A DNA stretch of 64,000 nucleotides from the human T2T-CHM13v2.0 reference genome, Homo sapiens. Positions 59,601 through 64,000 of the stretch are shown here, piece by piece. Each line of letters starts with the position of its first letter. The first letter of the stretch is position 1. The notes under the pieces were generated by a model that saw only the letters and a list, made by a program, of their open reading frames with translations, was not told the origin of the DNA and ran no database searches. The position numbers and the translations under genes are program-made. The stretch lies in NCBI RefSeq assembly GCF_009914755.1, contig NC_060926.1; one strand, written 5' to 3'.

Positions 59601-61206
59601 CCTAACTCTTTGCTTTTAGGCACAAAGAACTGAAAATTATTAATTAGCATTTTTGTAGCAGGTACCTCTGAGCAAGGATCTAGTCTGACACTCAGCTAGT
59701 GGCTCAGCATGCATTTGGCTGAGATGATGGCGAGAGATCACATATGCATCTTCGCTCCAGGTAGGGTGGCAGGTGTCTATCCGAAGGGCAGGCTGACTTC
59801 AGAGGTTGTAAACACAAGCCACATATGCGGAACAAACCAAACAACATCTCTAAAACACCTGTGTGCTAAGATTATTATTTTCTTTCTCTAAAGCCAAAAG
59901 AAGGTCAAACAAAGAAAAAAGAAACCGATAATGAGGTCTGGTCTTGTTCTTTATGTAAATAGCATGTACTTTAAATTCAACCTAGTAGATCACCAGGCTA
60001 ATGATATCAAGATATCTCAAAGTAGGTGAATCATAAAGACCAATGGCTACAGGCATAGAAAGCAAGGTATAGAGCTGAATGAGTAAAAATCTATCCAGCC
60101 CCTATTAGGCTATGCTCAGAATGCATGGACCAATAATAATTGCTCAGTAGATTTATATTTTTTTCTGTGGAAGAGAGTATACACAGCATACTCCTACAAG
60201 ACTATGCATTATTGACAATGTTAACATTTCACCATATCATTATTTGTATTTATAGTCAATCCGTGAGGACAAAGATCTATATTATCCATGTAATAGTCAG
60301 CGATAAAATCATTTCTAATAATGAAAACAGCATTAGGCTAATTCAAGAGACAAAACCGCACAACCTCAGCCACCTCTACATACAGATTATATCCCTCGTA
60401 TTGTAAGTTTTTTGAGTAATTTGCAACCTACCTTTCAAAATCTCCTTTGAAGGAAAGAAAAGCTCAATATTTGTTTGGAGGCCTGTCATTACAAGAATGA
60501 TTCTTCTTTTAAGACTGTGCATGTTTCTGTTGCAGTGAAGGGTTCAGTTAATTAAAGCCTTAATTTCTTGTAAGGTTTTAATAATAATTATTCACTCCAT
60601 GTGCATATTTCTTGCCTTCTCCTCACTCATGTATCAAATCATAGACATTACTTGGGCAACATATAGGATAAATCTGATGCTTTTGAATATACTCCTGGAG
60701 GATTTTTATTTCTTTGGATATAATCCATGGGCCACCAGCTTTTATTTGTTAAAGCAACCATATCACATGAGTCATCTTCTACTAGAACAATGATTTCTAA
60801 TGAATAAGCTCCATTGTCCTTCATCACATAATTAAATTTGCAATAATTGTTGAATATACATTGTATTTATTCATCAATGGGAGAGGGAAGGATGAGCTAT
60901 AGAGTCAATTACATATAGCCTCATTTTCCTGAATTGTTAACAGATAGAGCATAAGTACGTAATGTTCTTTAGCTTTCTGGGGTGAAGTCAGATGCTGTAG
61001 CAGAACACATCTGCCCTAAACTATTGGGTTACTTTAAACTATTGCTAAGTGATTGGGATACAAAACAAGGAAACTTGCACATCTATATGTGAAAACTAAT
61101 ACGATATATGTATAATGCAAATTTAAGCATTTAATACTTTCAAACTGGTTCTTTGTATCCTGTGAGCTAGAAAAATAAGTCAATCTACTTAGGATTTTTG
61201 AGTCCT

Positions 61207-61720
61207 TGTCAGGAACTATCAAGAGTCTAAGATTTTACCATATTTGCAAGGTAACTTGTTTCATGGATACAGGCAACAGTTACGGATAATGGCAAAAGTC
61301 ACAAGATTCCTGGGTCAGAAACAAGGAACTTTCTTATTTATGGCACAGCAAGCAGCAGAAACTTCATGTTTGCATCAGTTTTTCTTGCTTCCTCACTCCT
61401 GTGGTTATGCAGAATGGTCTGGGTAGACTTATGCAGTGGGTTTGCATCACAGTGGAAAATATCAGGTTTCTTAGGAAATCCCAATTATTTTTATGGGTTG
61501 CAAGAAAACTGGCCCAACATTTTCCCTGAAGAAAGATGTTCTCTTTAATTCTTTAATATCCTGATAAGGAAACAAATCTGCTTTCTACCTGGAGAAAAAC
61601 GCTATCTCTATCTTGCAAGGTTATTTGCTATACAAACATCCTTGAAAAAATATTCTGGAACAAAAGCTGATACAAGACATGCGGACTTGTGAGAGACCCA
61701 TGGAAAATTGTCTCCCATCA
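61207..61720 (-). mobile_element. MER34-family solo LTR
   Basis: tgtcaggaact...cagcaagcagca..ttcatgtttgcatcag...aattgtctcccatca; TG...CA ends. Confidence 0.8.
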
Positions 61721-62328
61721 GTCTTTTTGGTGTGAAAGTTTTTGTTCTAAGAACTCTGGGAGATACATTTTTTATTTTCCAATGTGAAAGAGAGTTTACC
61801 CTGTTATAATTGGAGTAAAATATAAGTATAAATATGACTGCATAACTTAAGAGATAAAATAAACATGTATTTTTATTGACTGAGCTGAAGCTGAAAACTG
61901 CTCATGAATAAAATACCCCCACCCATCCCACACACAGATTTATATCACACATGTATCCACAGCAACATTAGCTTACAATGAAATCACAAATATGCATAAG
62001 AGGGTTGGTTTCATAATTTGGACAGTAGGTAATGTTATGGGGAAGTTAAGAAATGGGTCAAGAGAACGAGAGGAATGATAGGTGTAGTAAACAAACTCCC
62101 TTGTCTCCTTCCACTCCAAGCTCTGGTCACAGTCTACCCAATGCACAGCATCCAGCTTCACTTTCACAGCCTGTCATTTGGACCCCATGGAGGTATCTAC
62201 AGGCAGCATCCTTGGAGCACATGCCATTCTTCCAATAATGAACATTTGAGTAGTAAGGATTCTTCATGCTATTTCACAGTGGCAGCCAGAAGAGATGGAA
62301 AAAAAGAGGAAACATGCTTCATGTTTTG

Positions 62329-62329
<1 letters not shown>

Positions 62330-62365
<36 letters not shown>
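62330..62365. repeat. (TG)n microsatellite
   Basis: Directly visible. Confidence 0.95.
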
Positions 62366-62369
62366 ATTT

Positions 62370-62550
62370 AATAACTAAAATTGACTGCATGTTTGCTATG
62401 TACCTGACCCTATTTTAATCACTTTACTTGTAATATTTTATCCATCATCTATAAAATTAATATTATTGTTAGCCTTATTTTATGGGTAAGACAAATTATG
62501 CAGAGCAAGATTAAACAAATAGTTCCAGGCTCATTATTTGGGTAGTGGAA
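62370..62550 (-). mobile_element. MIR remnant
   Basis: gctatgtacctgaccctattttaatcacttta...ccttattttatgggtaagacaaatt. Confidence 0.55.
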
Positions 62551-64000
62551 TATTTGTTTTACAATAGGAGAAAGGGCCCAGGGTATCGGGTTAGCAGGCA
62601 ATTGAGTTAGAATAGCATAAATGAGTCACATGAGACACAATAGTTCAGAGAGTGGGTAGACAATCCAAGAGACAAAATGGTAATTGAAGACTGATAAAAT
62701 AGGTAGAATGCAATATAGGTCTTGTAAAATTATGGGTGAAATGACCCAAGCAAAGGCATGAATGTGGGAAAGTTCATGGCTTGTGTGGAGAGAACAGTGA
62801 GCAGATTAATGTGATTACAATTAAGGGTTCATCCATTTATTCAACTTCTTTGTTGTTATTGGACATCTAGTATTCGTCAACCTCTAAAGAATAATGAAAA
62901 TCATACTGAATATACAGGTTGGGGTCAGATAACGGACACTTTCTATTTATCAAATATAGCTTTTCTTATATTACATTTGTTAATAATTTTATGATAGTTT
63001 CATATTATAAATTTGCCCTTTTCAAGCCTACTTTTATCTCTCACTTCTGACTTGACTTATGATTCTAGTACTTAGCCTTAAAAACCAAACGTTCTTCAAA
63101 CTACTTGATTAAGAAAGCAATAACCTCAGGAGAATATTTTCTCTCCTTAAAACTGCAGATCATATTTTGTGTTATAACACCTTTCTTACAACTGTTATAT
63201 CTTAAAGAGGTGTCTTTCCATACTCAGATTTCAGAGAATGTTACCAGGTCTTTTGGAAATTTTCCAAAAGATTTAAAATTCTGGTTTGAAATTATTAAAT
63301 ACTTATGATGTGCCCACAATATACTTTAAGTTGGTGTTTCTGTTTTCCATTTTCTTGGACCTACAGCCTCTGGTGCAGCCAGGGAGAAGCCTAGTTTTGG
63401 GGGGAAAAGCTTCTGAAGACGTTTGTTGCTGACCTGCCAGAGAGAGGGGCTAGGCAACCCCACCTTCTGACCTGTCCTTCCTGAGCCTGTCAGGCAAGAG
63501 TATTGTGGCATTTGATCAGGACCCTCTGGAGACGGGACTGGGAACAAGTTAAACTCTCCCCATGTTAGCCCTTTCCCATTCTCTCCCCAAGTGTTGCCAA
63601 GTTTCTCTTACCCAAGTACTCAGCTTTGTAGACATTGAGGCAGTTCCAGTGAGACGAGTACCCTCTGATAAGAAATACTCATAGTGGTTCTTGGCAATGG
63701 TATTCATCCATTCAGAAGCCTGAGATATCATCTCCTACTCTGGATTTTCTTCCCGAAGCCAACTGAGAATCAATAGTAATTACTCTTTCCACATTCGTGA
63801 AAGAAGAAAATACATTAAAACCTATCACTCTTAGATGTTTTAATTTAAAGAGCCTTCTACATTTAAATTAATAACATTAGATTCCTGCAAAAAATTTTAT
63901 ATGACCTACAAGCCAAATATTGAGATTTTTTGTTTTGTTTCAATACATGGTGAAAGTTATCTTCCAGAAGGTTTAGTAAAAGTTGAATGAAAAGGAGAGA

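Noticed and set aside
63326-63731. GC-richer segment with two short minus-strand ORFs
   Set aside because: No protein or repeat family recognised; cannot be supported without a search.

Overview
AT-rich, repeat-dense non-coding DNA from a catarrhine primate, most likely human or ape (AluJ/S/Y, L1PA, MER41, MER57 are present). I found no host protein-coding exon. The only recognisable protein ORFs are broken L1 ORF2 pieces; the rest read as Alu, simple-repeat or chance translations. The window holds two 5'-truncated L1PA copies, older L1M/L2/MIR/MER5 fossils, about 13 Alus, several solo LTRs and a 3'-truncated MER57 provirus with a tRNA-Leu primer-binding site. I do not see a new multi-gene biological system. 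The notable items are insertion and repair events: (1) a ~165-bp non-repeat inverted duplication (51400-51608 vs 52129-52295) whose left copy carries three stacked hairpins; (2) a tailless 7SK retrocopy inside a MER41 LTR that has kept all its CpGs; (3) an L1PA3 with an apparent 68-bp 3' transduction; (4) a second template-switch-like scar near 32 kb. Repeat subfamily names come from recalled consensus sequences, not a search, and boundaries of old repeats are approximate.
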